The notes below the pieces were generated by a model. The model saw only the letters and a list, made by a program, of their open reading frames with translations, was not told the DNA's origin and searched no databases. From the human T2T-CHM13v2.0 reference genome, Homo sapiens: DNA of 64,000 nucleotides. This document shows positions 14,200 to 30,200 of the stretch, piece by piece. Both the position numbers and the translations under genes were made by a program. The stretch lies in NCBI RefSeq assembly GCF_009914755.1, contig NC_060925.1; one strand, given 5' to 3'. How positions within the stretch are numbered: the stretch's first letter is position 1; the number at the start of each line of letters is the position of its first letter.

Positions 14200-14480
14200 C
14201 TATGTATGGACAACTAGAAATGCCAGGCTCTGTGCTAGGCACAGGGGACACAGACATAAACAAAACAAAGCCCTCTCCCCTTGGGGTCACCATCCAGCAG
14301 GGGAGGAGGACTTGCAGTCACACACATGTGGGAAAGTGTTCCAGGTTTGAGTTTGGTGTCTGTGGGGGTTCCTGTAGGGGGATCTCAGGAAGGGGTGGAC
14401 TCTTCTACCCAGGACAAGGAAGGTCTGTACAGGGGAAGGCACGCCGGTGCCCAATCCTGAAGTCCAAGGAGATGCTTGCC
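14200..14480 (-). mobile_element. L2 fragment
   Basis: tgccaggctctgtgctaggcacaggggacacagacataaacaaaacaaagccct matches the L2 3' end, antisense. Confidence 0.6.
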
Positions 14481-14756
14481 ATGTGGACAAGAGACAGGTG
14501 GGGACAAGAAGAGGCACACAGGGAGCAGTCCCAGCAGGAGGGAGCCTGGGGTGTGCAGCAGCAGGACTAGGGAGGGGTCAGTGGAGCTTAGCAGGTGGGC
14601 CTCTGGAATGAGGAGCTGGCCTAGTGGGGAAAGACTGGCTCATTGTACATCCCTTTGTTTTCCCTTGTTTCGCCCCCACCCACCACGTGAATTTAAAGGG
14701 GAAGAGACTTAACTGAATGTTTCACTTTTTGAGCCTAGTATTGTTATTTGTCATGA

Positions 14757-15134
<378 letters not shown>

Positions 15135-16306
15135 TAAAACAGTTATACCTTTCACTGAGCGGGCCCAAACAAACAAAAACAACAGCCTGTCACACCGTGT
15201 GTGTGTGTGTGGCGGCGGGAGGGGGGTACCCAAAAACCCTGACTCACTTTTTATATAATTAGAGCTAAAACCAAACCAAGTCATGGCTTGTTTGCAGTAG
15301 GTAGATTGCAGAGTTACCAAACTGTTCTTTCTGACCAGAGTGACTCAGTCTAGTGCAAAGTCATGAACTGCCTCCAGCATTTCTCATTAACCTAATATCT
15401 CCATCTAGAGTAGAAATTCACCCTCCCTAAAGCCCAGAGGAAACAAACTAAGGGTCCTTGTGAAAGGAAAAGGCCTTTAGACCCTAAAACAACTGATTAG
15501 AAAGGCAGGACGAAAGGAGGGAGGGGGGCATTCTTTGTGCTTTCCTGTGCAATTTGGAGCTCAACAGATGAAGTGTTTGCCATTGATCCCCAAACCACAT
15601 TTTGGGAAACTATCTGACCCCATTTGACTGGCCATTCAACTGTTCCACCATTTTCTTTACACAAAGCTAAACTAGATTTGAGCTAAATTTGAGAGGGAAG
15701 AGCACATTACATATGGGAATGTGGTTCATGGTTTTCTAACCCAACCCTCCCCTCCCCCATCCATTCCAATGAGTAGATTTTTCTCTGGAAATCCATCCTT
15801 TCTTTTTCCATTCAAGGCAACTAACAGTATCCAATTTTTGATTCGTAGTTTTAGTTTTCCATGTATAGACTAAAAGTGGATGTTTATCTTGAGACAGGAA
15901 TGACTGTTTTTCTGCAATTGTTTAGACTAAGGCTAGGTAGATTTCCTGTGGACTTCTTGGAACCTTTGAGCCCTGATGTTTTCCCTGCGCTCAAAAATTA
16001 CAGTGCTGGATGGCATCTTTCCAGCTGTTGGGATGGGAGACAGGCTGGGCCCTTTGACTCCTAAAATTGAACTTAGGTTGAGCTGGTTGGCAAATGTGGC
16101 AATGAAAGGGTTCCCTGAGCAAAACCTGGGAAAATATCAGTCTGGATATACTCTCCTAGCCCTGGCTTTCTTAGCACACCTTGATGTGTGTTCCGTAGCT
16201 GTCTTCCCACCCCCATCCCCTAAAACTTGAGCATCTGTAGCTCATCACTTATGTCCTGAACTCAGTAAACTGAGTCTCTGTTATAGGACTTAGAGAAATT
16301 TTCTTA

Positions 16307-16646
16307 TACTATGGACTGAATGTGTCCCCCCAGAATTCATATGTTGAAATTCTAACCCCAAAGGTGTTGGTGTCAAGAGGTCATTGGGGGTGATTAGATC
16401 AAGGAATTGGTGCCCTTATCAAAGAGACCCCAGAGAGCTAGCCCACCCTTCTACCGTGTGAGGTTACAGTGAAAAGATGGCCATCTAGGAAGCAGGCCCT
16501 CATCAGACATTGAATCAGACACCGAATCTGCTGTCACCTTGATCTTGGACTTCCCATCCTCCAGAACTGTGAGAAACAAATTTCTGCTGTTTGTAAGCCA
16601 CTCAGTTAACGGTATTTTGTTGTAGCAGCATGAACACACTGAGACA
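16307..16646 (+). mobile_element. MLT1A-type solo LTR (ERVL-MaLR)
   Basis: tactatggactgaatgtgtcccccc...ttcatatgttgaa...cttgatcttggacttccc...ccagaactgtgagaaacaaatttctg...ctgagaca. Confidence 0.85.
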
Positions 16647-17004
16647 GCACATAACACAGAATGCTGTTTCTTTAAAATTTTCTTGAGTTTTTACCATGTG
16701 GTTTACTTGTCTTTTTCATTGATCCTTCCCTGTTCAGTGGGGAAACACAGATCAGCACCCAGCCCTTGCCGACCACATGAAACCTAAGATCTCACCTCCT
16801 CCTCCCTGGCAAAAGAAGAATTAGATAATGAGAGGTGTTCTGGTTTTGAGAGGAAGTTAACAAGTGTTGGGACGCTTGCACGTTAGAGCTGGCTGCCTGT
16901 GCTCTGAGTCAGAACTGAAATTTTGACATGTAAAGAAGAACTAATATTTGATCCTCTCCTGTGTGCCAGGCATAGCGCTAGCCACTTCATAGCTTTTTGG
17001 CTAT

Positions 17005-17880
17005 TCTTCTCCATCTCCTTTCTGCCAGTTGCTCAAATACTTTGGAGTCATCCTTGGCTCCTTTCGGTCATGCCGCATGTCCAGTCCCTCAGCAGATCCC
17101 GAATCTGAACATATCCCTCCCGCGCCCACCTTCTAGTCCTCGTTCATCTTTGGCCTGGTTTTTATTGTAGTACACTTCTCCTTGCACCCTTGCTTCCTAC
17201 TACTGACATTGAACCTCAGTACAACAACTAGAGTGATCCTGTCAAAACATAACAGATTTGGTCACCCAGCCCCTCCAGAGGCTTCCCGTTTCACTCCACA
17301 TAGAAAATTCCAGCTTGTGCAACCTCACGAAGCCCACGAGGTCAGCCTCCTGCAGGCCTTTTCTGACCTGGTGCCTCACTGTCTCACCACCCTCCACCCC
17401 TCACCAGCTCCTGCCACACTGTTCTCGCTGCTTCTCAACCCTCTGCCTTCAAACGTCCACTCCAAGGTCTCTGCACTCAGTGTTCTCTTCCTGGAATGTT
17501 CTATGGCCACATGGTTTTCATCTACATTTTCTTTATCCAAATGTCACTTTCTCAGGGAGGCCCTTCCTGACATCCCCTCCCCCATCTAAAATTGCAGCCC
17601 CCTCCAGCTATACCTCTTCTCCTCCTCCCCTCTTGTTTTTCTACTTTTGTTACTGCTTTTATTTTACTTCTTTATACTATTTATTTTCTGTACAGCTATG
17701 AATACAACTGAAATGTGACATGAATTTTCATACAACATACGAATTTTGGAGGGACACACTCAGTCCATAGTATATGTAAATCTCATGAGGGCTGAAAGTT
17801 TTGTCTGTTTTGTTCACTGCTACATCCCCAGCCCTTAGAACAGTGCCTGGCAAATAGTGCTAAGTAAGTTTTTATTGATA
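17005..17880 (+). mobile_element. L2 3' portion
   Basis: ccagttgctca...ttggagtcatcctt...; ends ttgttcactgct...agaacagtgcctggca. Confidence 0.75.
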
Positions 17881-17929
17881 GGAGGGAAGAAAGGGAAGAA
17901 GGAAGGAACAGACAGACCCTTGGAGTTAG

Positions 17930-18075
17930 GCATTATCTCCATTTATAGATGAAGACACTGAGGCTCTGAGAAGTTTCCCAAGATCACGCAGCCAATAAGT
18001 GAAACCACTTTGAGGTCACACATTTGAACCCTAATGTGTGACCCCAGAGCTTTTCTGATTTCTACTTTACTGTGC
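17930..18075 (-). mobile_element. MIR
   Basis: ccatttatagatgaagacactgaggctctgagaag...cccaagatcacgcagc. Confidence 0.7.
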
Positions 18076-18554
18076 TGTTTTCCTATGGATGCCTCACCCT
18101 CATTTATGTCTGCAGTGAATATTGGCTCTATGAATTTGTATGCACATTTGTAGTGATATGAACACATTCAAATGTTTTAAAGGGAATACTGCATTAGAAT
18201 CTCTTAGCTCCCTAGATGCTGCCTGTTGGATACTCCACTAAGCTTTCTACATTGCCGCCCAAGAACAAGTGATGCCTGGGCTCCTCTGAGAGAGAGAGGC
18301 GCTGAGAAATCTGTAAGCAACCGTTACTAAATATGTTTGCCATATTTCCAGTTACATCCAGGCTTTTCAGTATTGAGGGACATCATTTTGTGTTTTGATT
18401 CCTGGCATATTTGCTATCAGTATATGCTTTGGGGGTTTTCAGTGAATGAAAAATAAGAGGTGGTGTCAGCAATAAGTGTAGAACACTCTTAAAAGATATG
18501 GCTGTAGAGGGAAGAGCAGGGCTGGAGCAGCAGCTTGAATGCGAGGGAAAGCTA

Positions 18555-19371
<817 letters not shown>

Positions 19372-19984
19372 AAGATTTGTTTTTCTTAGTGAAGTAAATA
19401 GAATCTGTCATTTGTATGAAATGGGGATGGAGTTGAAAAGGAATACAAAGCAAATCTCTATTGCACTCGAACTGTGTTTCAGGCACTGTCCGGGGCGGGG
19501 GACAGGGTACAAAGATGACCAGGGTGGCCTCCTGTCATTAAAGCATGGACGCCAGCTTTTCAGCATTGTATGCAGCACCCCAACCAGCCTTGTGAAGAAA
19601 AGAGATATGAACAAATGGTCACACAACAGTCGGATACCCACACTCAGAAAGCCACGTGCAGAGGCAGCACAGTGGGTAGAAGCAGTGGTTTGTGTGCATG
19701 GACAGGCATTCCTGAGGACCAGGTCGAAGTTGAGAAGTCACAGATTTGAAGGGTTCCTGCTGGTGGCAGGAACGATAAAAGTAGTAGCTGATGTTGGCAC
19801 GACTCCATAATGAGCTGTCCCCCCACCTTCCTGCTAGATATTTCCATCTGGAGTCGCAAAGATCTTTCTTCTTCAATCCAAATCAATACCTTTCATCTGT
19901 TGTTTTCTGTTTAAGCGATAGCAGTCATTTGCAAGATATCATTGGTCATCTAAAGTCTATGTGGAAGGAATTAACTGAAATTCA

Positions 19985-20222
19985 TTACTTGATCAGAGAG
20001 TATTTTTTGGTCCCATCTTTATTTTGCTTCTTTTTCTTTTTTTCTTGCTTCCCAGGCAATGCATAGTCCTTATACCACTTTATCTCCATTTGCCTTTTCC
20101 TATCTTTTTTGCTGTTATTGTCATGTATTTTAGTTCTACTTATATTATGCTTAACCCTCATAAAACATGATTTTTTTAGCTTAAATAATTGATATAATTT
20201 AGATCTCTACACATATTTATCC
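19985..20222. repeat. Local duplication, copy 1 of 21633-21874
   Basis: Hand alignment gives about 13 substitutions plus a T-run indel over about 240 bp. Confidence 0.95.
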
Positions 20223-20295
20223 TGTATATTGGTACTTTCTGAGTTTAATTTTAATAAGCTGTGTCCTTAAACTTTTTAGAGTCAGATCTCTAAAA

Positions 20296-20549
20296 CAACA
20301 CTATCTGATAGAAATTCTCTTGTCAGATTAAAAAAGTAGAAACAAGTGAACTTATTTTTAATGTTTTGATTTAACTCATTATGTTTCAAATATTATTTCA
20401 ATATGTAATCAATATGTAAAAATTGATTTATATTTTTCCCACTGTCTTTGAATTTATTATATATTTTATACATTGTATAGCATATCTTAATCTGTAGTAC
20501 TAATCACCTTCTAAGTGCTCTGTAGTGTGTCAACTTATTGGACAGTGTG
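20296..20549 (+). mobile_element. MER33 (hAT-Charlie)
   Basis: caacactatctgatagaa...attaaaaaagtagaaacaagtgaa...atgtaatcaatat...aagtgctc...tattggacagtg. Confidence 0.75.
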
Positions 20550-20730
20550 GCTGTAAACGAAGGTGAAACTAAAGTTACATGAAACAAACTTATATTGTGT
20601 GTTTCAACAGAAGAGTTTCAAGTTTCTGTGGCTAACTTGTTTGAATATACAAGTTATTATAATTCTCCATTACTATTTAGTCAGCTTCTCAAAACTTTTG
20701 CTAAGTGATTGTTTCCAAGATTTCCCTTAC

Positions 20731-21033
20731 TTTTTTTTTTTTTTTTTCCTTTTCTCTGTAGACAGGGTCTGGCTTTGTCACCCAGGCTGGAGTGCAGTGG
20801 CATCATCACAGCTCACTGCAGCCTTTACGTCTCCTGGGCTTAAGCCATCCTCCCACCTCAGCCTCCTGAGTAACTGAGACTACAGGTGCATGCCACCACG
20901 CCCAGCTAATTTTTATAGAGACGGAATCTTGCCATATTGTCTAGATTGGTCTTGAACTCTTGGGTTCAAGTCATCCTCCCACCTCGGCCTCCCAAAGTGC
21001 TGGGATTACAGGCGTGAGCCACCATGCCCAGCC
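20731..21033 (-). mobile_element. Alu (AluJ-like)
   Basis: Poly(T) and a diverged reverse-complement dimer. Confidence 0.93.
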
Positions 21034-21632
21034 TAAGGTTTATTTCTTAAATTGAATTCTGCCTTTGGTAGCATGCTTAGAAAACAAGTTCCATTACATT
21101 TTTTAAATTGTAGAAGAGTTGATCATTAGAATATTGCGTAGTATATGTTCAGTTTAAAGAATGATGAAATGAAAACAAGGACCTAGCACTTAGCTTAGAC
21201 AGTAGAATATACCAGTACTTTTCAAGCCTTCCAGGTGACATCTTCTTCCTTCACTTTATACCCTGAGGTGTTCACTGTCCTGAATATTGTTTTAATCAAA
21301 TCTTTCTCTTCTGTTTACAGTTTTACCAAACATATATTTTTAATTCTGCCTGTTTTTAACTCACATATAAGTCATACTGAATATATTCTTTTGTGACCTT
21401 TTGTCACTTACTGTGACATTTTTGAGATTCATGCATGTTGATATATGTAGCTGTAGTTCATTCATTGTCACTGCTGTATAGTATTCCATTGCAGGAATGT
21501 GCTACAGTTTATTTATTTTACTATTAGACATTTGGACTGTTCCAGTGTTTTTGCTGGCATGAACTGATGTTGTTACAAATATTCTTGTTCATGTTTCCTG
21601 CAACACATATAAAAGTCTCTCCATTATGGGAG

Positions 21633-22284
<652 letters not shown>

Positions 22285-24279
22285 TTCAGAAAACATCTTT
22301 CTTTCACCTATATTTTTGAAAGATATTTTTACTATGTTTATTCTTTCAGTCTTTTATGATATCATCCCATTGTTGTTCCATCCATTTCTCTTGAAACAGC
22401 TTTCAGTATTATTGTTTGTCCTTCAAAGGTAATGTGTCCTTTTTTTTCTTTGACAACTTCAAGATTTACTCTTTGTTTTTAGTTTCTATTAATAATATGC
22501 CTCGATATGATTCTCAGGCTTGGGATTTGTAGAACTTCTTGAATTTGCAGTGAAGTCTTTGGACGATTTTGGGAAACTCTTGGCCAGCGTCACTTTAAAT
22601 ATTGTTTCTGCCCCCTTTTTTTTCTTTCTTTTCCTTCTGTGACTCCAGTTATGCAGAATTTGGACCTTTTTTACTATGTCACTTACACCTCTCATGCTCT
22701 TTTCTGTATTTTCACCCCCTTGGTTTTTCTTCATGTTTCATCTGGATATTTTTTACTACCTCATTTTCTAGTTTGCTAATTCTGTCGACTCTGCTGTTTC
22801 ACCATTTACTAAAATCTTAATGTTAGTTTTCTGGTAAAACTGTCCATCTTATTTTTCTTCTGAAGATAGTAATCATACTATACCAGTGATGAATCTTGTA
22901 TTTTTTTTCTTAGTCTTCAGTCATTTAGTCCTGTTTTCTTACATATCTGGAAATTTTAATTGAATTCCTGACATTGTATAAGAAAGATTTTAGAGGTTCT
23001 GGCCAATGTTATTTTTCTCCAGAGAGGAGTTAAACTTCTTCTTTCCTTCTACCTCAGATACCCAGTTTTTAAATTTTCCCCCATGCATACCTCCCCTGCA
23101 TTTTTAACTTTTTATTTGCGGCAAGGGGTAAATATTAGCAGGAGTTTCCCAGAGGGACTTGTATTTTTGAAAGGATCAAAGCCTGATGCTTAAAGGGAAG
23201 AGTCTAGAGGAAGGATTCTTTTTCTTGGGATAGACAATAGAAAGATGAGGTCAGAGACAGTGTGTGTGAGGTAGAAAGTAATCAGCTTCAACCCCTGGAG
23301 TCACAACAGAGGACTTAAGGAAACTGAGTCCTGAAGAATCCGTTCTGCTTAAGCAGGAAAGTTGGTGAATCTTTTTTATAAACAAGGGTTAATTAGTTCT
23401 CTTCTAAGTAAAAAGTACATTGAACCAGATCTCTCATTTTCCTATCTTTCTAGTCGTTGAAGGTTTTCTCTTAAAATCAACAAAAGGCATCAGGATAGGC
23501 CGTGTAGCCACCTTTGGAAAGGGCAGATGTTGAGTTAAGTGGATTCTGTTCTCTTCCATAGTCCAGGACTTTTCAGACCTGAAATCAGTTAACCTGGAGA
23601 TGACTAATTCAGGTTCAAGACACCAGATCTGCTGGAAGTAGATGGGTGTGAATTTTTAATGTCCTTTCCCAGGTCACCCTTTGTGGATTGAGAGATAGCA
23701 AAGGTTGGAATGACGACTGAAAGGCCACTGAGGAATCCAAGGGACATCCTAGGCAAATCCTAGGCAAAGACCAGAGGTTTCTGAGGAACTGTTGGGAAGT
23801 AGCTAAGCTGCAAGTTTATTCCTATTTTAGCCCATCTGAAAAAAAATGGGAACATTTGAGTTCATTTTTAAAAGAACCTTCTTTTGACCTTTCATTTGAG
23901 CCTGGGATCAAGCCAGTTTTCTAAAGAAATGAGACAGGACTTAATTTAAGTACCTTAGATTTGAACTACCTCCCATTCCCATTCTACCTCCTCTGCAAAA
24001 GACAGGTTCAACTTCTTTGTTCTCCCAGATGCTAAAGACCAGTTCCCAATTGGTGGTCTTACCCAGATACATGACACTTGTGTATAAATAACTTCCCTGG
24101 ACATTGCTAGAAGTGAAGTATCAGCTTTGCATGTGTAGCTTTCCCAAAATGCAGGTCTATCCTACCCACCACCATAAAAAGTTAGTTGTTAGAAACAATA
24201 GCTTAGTTTCCACTGTGAATGGTGTATTACTCTTAGATGGGTCAGGGGTATTTTGAATAGCAGAAGACTGGCAAAGATC

Positions 24280-24582
<303 letters not shown>

Positions 24583-24677
24583 GAACAATGGCAAAGATCA
24601 AGAGGAATGAAGATTGAACCAAATGAACTTTCAAAATCTTCTTTTTTTACCCTAGGAGCATGGTTGGTTTTGCCTGC

Positions 24678-24731
24678 TTTCTCTCTATAGTCCTCTTTCT
24701 CTCCATAGTCCTCTTTCTTTCCATATCCCCC
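24678..24731. repeat. 18-bp tandem repeat, about 3 copies
   Basis: tttctctctatagtcctc / tttctctccatagtcctc / tttctttccatatcccct. Confidence 0.8.
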
Positions 24732-25489
24732 TATATTTGTATCTCCATATATGTCCATTACTGGTACATGAAACAGGCCTTTCCAGAGCAGTAGCTTCTT
24801 TTGGAGTTAGTTTGCTTGACCAGACCAGCTCTAACTTAGCAAATGTTTTAGCTTTGGTGTTCTACGTCCTTCAGGAAATCATTCTCCTATAAGAAGCTGG
24901 GGTGGAAGAGGAGACCTCTCCTCCATAGGCAGCACCTCTTGAAATCACTGGTCCCAATCTCCACCCCAGTCTGGCCTCCATCTTTCTTCCTAGTATAAAT
25001 GGTACATACTAGTAATGTAAGCTGGTGTGGTGTGATGTGATCCACATAACGGACATGTACCAAGCCTCCTATTTCTTTGGGACCTGTTTCAGATTGTCAG
25101 AGTAGTAGCTTTGGGAAAAGAAGTAGATTCTAGGCCACGTGGCCTCCGGAAAGGTCTGGGTGATGGAAGTGGGCCAGGTGTCTGAGTTACGGATATGGAT
25201 CAAGAAAGAACACTGGAGCCTGACTCCTCTTCCTTGTCCAGATATTTGCATGTAATTTTTCAGAAATTTTTTAATATACTTTTGTCAGCTGCCTTCCTTT
25301 GTCAGTTCTGCTACTTGGGAGAGAAAAGAGATATGCCTGATATCTCTGTATAATTTTCACTGGCATTTAGGAAGGAATTTTTCTACGAAGACAATAGCAA
25401 AAGTCATGGTTGGGTTACCTCTCTAGGTTACCCAGTATCACACATAGATACTTAGCAGACTTTTGCTGGAAATGCTCATGGTCTTTCCA

Positions 25490-25612
25490 GCTTTATCTGT
25501 AAAATGAGCATAATAATACTACCTCACAGGATTGTTGTGAGGATTAAGCTAGTTAAATATTTCATTGATGAGAGGCCCCAAAGACAGTGGCTGGCACATG
25601 ACGAACGTTGTT
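25490..25612 (+). mobile_element. MIR 3' half
   Basis: atctgtaaaatgagcataataatactacctcacaggattgttgtgaggattaa. Confidence 0.8.
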
Positions 25613-27004
25613 GGCTGATGCTTATGATTCCAGAAGTTCCACTGTGGTCTTCAGTACTTGGAAGTTTGCCCTTACCTACTCTGCCACACACTCATCTAAA
25701 ACTTAATTTATTTAAAGAAATAGTTGGGAACGGATTTCTTTCTAAAAACCTCAAAAAACTTATTCCAAACCCTTGAAACCTATTTTACTTTTGCCACAAG
25801 AAGCTCAGCTTATACTGGTGCCCAGCATCTATGATTATTCTCTCTGATGTCATCAGCCTCCTTTCTTCTAAGCCTTTGGCATTAAAGTGAATATATTTAT
25901 TCATTTGAAATAAATACAAAGTACTTTGTAAGAATGGAGGTCTTGTGACTAGGAAGGAGATCATCTTGAGCTTCTTTTCTGTTGAGGAATGTTCGGTTTC
26001 ATTTCTAAAGTTCTGTATTTTGCGATTTTAATTGACATATTTATGCTTTCCTTTGTTCCAGAATGGGCATGAGGTGATTTCCATAGTTTAGGATGAGACA
26101 TGCAAGATTCAGTGGGGGAGAAAGAGGAGGGAACCGGAGAGCACTCATTGGAAGAAAGGATAGGATTTCCAGTAATAACCCTTTGATTTGTGTTTTTTTC
26201 CAAGTGCTTTCGTAACCAAGGTCGCCGTGGGTAACTCCATGGGTGGTGTTCTCCCTGTTTTGTAGATGAAGACACTGATTCTAAAGAGAGTGTGTCTTTT
26301 GCTCATGTTCACCCAGCTGATACTAATGACAAGAGTTGGCATCAGGACTCTGCTTTTGAGAGCCTGTGTGTTTTCTTGGAGTTGAAATAAGTTATCTGCC
26401 AAATCAGGCTTTATGGTGTGACCGCCATAGAGGGAATTTTTTTTCCTGCATTATAATCTATCTCCTGGTTCAGTACTGAGGCACAAGCTATTTATGCAAA
26501 AACCTTGTTAGAATGGCAAAACAGGAGCTCTCATGGGGTGGGAAGGCATATTCCCCATGGCCAGTGCTAACTGTATGGAAACCTGTCTTCAGGCTTCCCT
26601 CTGCATGCTTCATGGGGTTTCAGCAACAGACAAGTAGGGGTCTGGCATTTTCAACATAAGCATACCCCCCTTCTGCCAAAAAGTCCTACACTGGGTCCTA
26701 GCTGATGAAGAGCTGAAAGGCAGGACACAATTCCATCCACAGCTGGGCTTCAGGATTCATCCTTCCTTCATAATTCTTTATAATCAATGTAGAAAAACTA
26801 TAGGGAAAATAGGATTTGACTAAGCCCCGACTTCTCTATGTTGAAGATCAGTTGTCTTGATTCTACCTGTGTACATCCTGCTTATTTCTGCGGTTTTTAC
26901 TTTATAGCATACTCCACCAATCCTTTTTAAGGAAAAAGCAAAATCCTATTATGGGAATGCTTCAAACCACTCTGAGCTTCCAGATTAATCTGAAACAGCA
27001 TCTG

Positions 27005-27021
27005 AGTTCACAACTGGGTCA
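27005..27021 (+). promoter_or_regulatory. Perfect DR5 retinoic acid response element (candidate)
   Basis: AGTTCA caact GGGTCA in non-repetitive sequence. Confidence 0.5.
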
Positions 27022-27987
27022 GAGTTGCAGAATAGCAAGAGAAACTTGCCAGTTCAGCAGGCGTGTGTCTTGGGTTAGTTAAGACAGCAGGACAGTCCTG
27101 AGGCCTGACTTCCTTGCATGTGTTTCAACCTTGGGTGCTGAGATAATTCTGGGTGGCTTTAGATAACTTTGTTTCTTAACTGAAAAAGGAGTGTCTGTTG
27201 CCTGATAAGTGTTTATCCGTGAAATAGCAACATGGTGTGCATCTTAGGGTAGGAGGGCTTTTAGATCTCCAGAGACCAGGAAAAAAAAAAAAGCAAGGTC
27301 ATTGGCTTAGGCATATTACTGGAATTAGGATGTCAGTCCCAACTTTAAAATGCCTGTATTGTTTTTATTCAGGGTCCCCTTTCTGGATTCCTCCCCTTTT
27401 TTTCTCTTTGCCTTAAGGGCTATACATAATCCATAACCAAGTAGAACTGAAAACAGACAAAAGCACTCCTCTTCTAGTGGATAGAAATCTGGAATCCAGA
27501 AATGCTTCCTTCTTGCCAAACCTCAACTTGTTCCGTGCCTTTTTTTTTTTTTTAAATGCCTCTTCCCAGCCTCCCCACCCTTTCGTGATTTGGCTGAGTG
27601 AGGACTAGCTGTTTGGTTTGCCTTTTATCAACAATAGATATTCACTGCTTTTCAGGTCACATTTTCCTTTAACTCTTCTCTGTTTATGAGTATCACAAAA
27701 GGGTTCTTCAACATCAAGGCAAAACTCACACTCAGAATACTTTTTAACTGTGGATATTTTGACAGTATGAAACGGAAGTCAGTGGTGAAGACTTTCGTTT
27801 TGAAGTGACTTAGGTCTTACATGACTCAAAGATGGTTTTCCTAGTAGTATACCAGCAGAGTTGAAAATGACTCTGAAATTGAAAGTCCCATACTACTTCT
27901 AAGAAACTTGTAAAAAGTGTTGGCCAAATGCTACACCAAACATTTTGCATTAATTATTCTCTTAACTCTTCAAAACAGTCCTTTGCA

Positions 27988-28309
<322 letters not shown>

Positions 28310-28582
28310 TTAGCAGATGGATAAACTGAGGTTCAGAGAAATTAAGCCTCTTCCACCAGCATGCGTGTTTGGTAACTGTCAGGGTAAGATTTGATTCCTT
28401 TGCTCCTGCTTGTTTGACTACATCGTGGCAACTCCCACAAAGTTCATGGCAGCCTTACTTAGAGGCACAATAGATAGTTGGGTTTTCCAAATTTATGAGT
28501 TCAGACATAGCTTATTGCAGACAATGCTGATTAGAATTAGAGCTGTGCTGGTAGCTGAGGTTTGCAGCTGTACAACCTTGTA

Positions 28583-28960
28583 TAGTCTCTGACTTGTGGT
28601 GGTTTAACTTACAATTTTTTGACTTGACGATGACGTAAAAGCTATATGCATTCAGTAGAAACTGTACTTCAGATTTTGAGTTTTGATCTTCCTGGGCTGG
28701 TGACATGTGATCCGATTCTGTCGCAGTGCTGGGCACTAGGGCAGCCGCAGCTCCTAGTTAGCCACGTGATCATGAAGAGGGAACAAATACTCTACAGTGG
28801 GCCCTGCTGCCAGATGACTTCGCCCAGCTGTCAGCTAATGTAAGTGTTCCGGGCATGTTTAGATATGTTAGGTGTATGAAATTCATTTTTACTTAAAGCC
28901 TTTTCAACTTAAAAATGGGCTTACCCGGACGTAATCCCATCATAAGTCAAGGAGCATCTG
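28583..28960 (-). mobile_element. MER47-type (TcMar-Tigger) DNA transposon
   Basis: Ends cccatcataagtcaaggagcatctg followed by TA; internal gcattcagtagaaactgtacttc and gcagccgcagctcc motifs. Confidence 0.8.
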
Positions 28961-29889
28961 TACTTGGAAGAATATAAAACTTCTCCATCACACTACGGAG
29001 TCCTGCCACTTCTCTCTTTTCCTGTTGTATTTGGTTACCATCTTCCCTGGTGACAAGGAAGATACTGCCACCAGCAATTACTCAGTGAGGCAAAGATATT
29101 AAAGAGGAAATTTCCATTAGGTAAATAACTGTGAAAGAAGAACCCAAGAGAAGGGAGAGAAATTCAAGCCCCAGCTCCTGTTACACTGGCCAAATGCCTT
29201 TGGCACCCCATGCTTGCTGAAGATCATAAAAGGGTCAGGTAAACTGATCAGACAGAACAGAGGAACACAGTGTGAATTTTTTCCCTTGCCCCATTCCAGT
29301 GTCTACTTGAATTTCAGTTTTAGAAAATCAACCCTTCGGAGCCAGGCCCCAAACCCAGGCTAATTTGCAGTGTCTCCATTTGTGTAGACAATGAGATTAT
29401 TTTGGGAAGGAGGGTGTTGACAGAGTGTGTGTTAGCTATTCAGTAGAACTGGCATCTTGAAGTACTTCTGAGATTTTTACCCCCTTGCTGAAAATATTGC
29501 TTTATAGAAGTTAATGACTTTGGACTGTGGCCAGAATTCACAAGTATGGCATGTGTTGAAGTGAAAGGAAGGGGAAAATCATTGTCTTTGTGAGTGTAAC
29601 ACTAGATTTTCTGAAGGACATTTTGTTCCTTGGAACCTTTCATTTTAGCTAGAACAACATGCACTTGAAGCCTTAAGTATTTTGTGGACTTGAGATTGCT
29701 ACAAAATGAGGTAGGCAGACTTAAGTCTCTGCAAATGCTCCTTCTGGTGTTAAGGTATTATAACCAAAGAGTTACAAATTGTCTGCAGATTACCTTCCAG
29801 TTGCTAGTCGCTTTCCCAGTTTAGAAGCCTAGCACACCCTGGTGCTGTTATGCCCTGCTGCAGATAGCTTCCGCTTTGCTGGGGGGATA

Positions 29890-30200
29890 TGCCATGCCAG
29901 ATGCTTTACGTGCACACTATCCCTGAATCCTCAAGACAGTCCTGCAGAATCTGATTATTCCCATTTTGCATATAAAGAAGTCAAAGTTTAGATAACATAA
30001 TACTATTTTTATTGAATGTCTCATATGTATCAGGCTCTGTGCTATGTGCTTTACATGTATTACCTAATCCTTACAGCATCTTTGTAGGGAATATTTGTAT
30101 CCCCATTTTGAAAAGGAGGAAAACAGAGGCCCGCAAAGGTTACTTGTCTGTGATCTCATAGCTGTTGGGTGTCACAGTCAAAATTCAAACTCAGGTGTGA
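29890..30200 (-). mobile_element. Tandem MIR fragments
   Basis: Two cccatttt... cores, with atgtatcaggctctgtgctatgtgctttacatg. Confidence 0.65.

Noticed and set aside
22489-22734. ORF resembling L1 ORF1p
   Set aside because: Decayed, frameshifted L1M relic, not a functional CDS.
29221-29237. DR5-like AGATCA taaaa GGGTCA as an individual element
   Set aside because: Mismatch in the core and isolated; a few such one-mismatch hits are expected by chance. Counted only in the overall tally.
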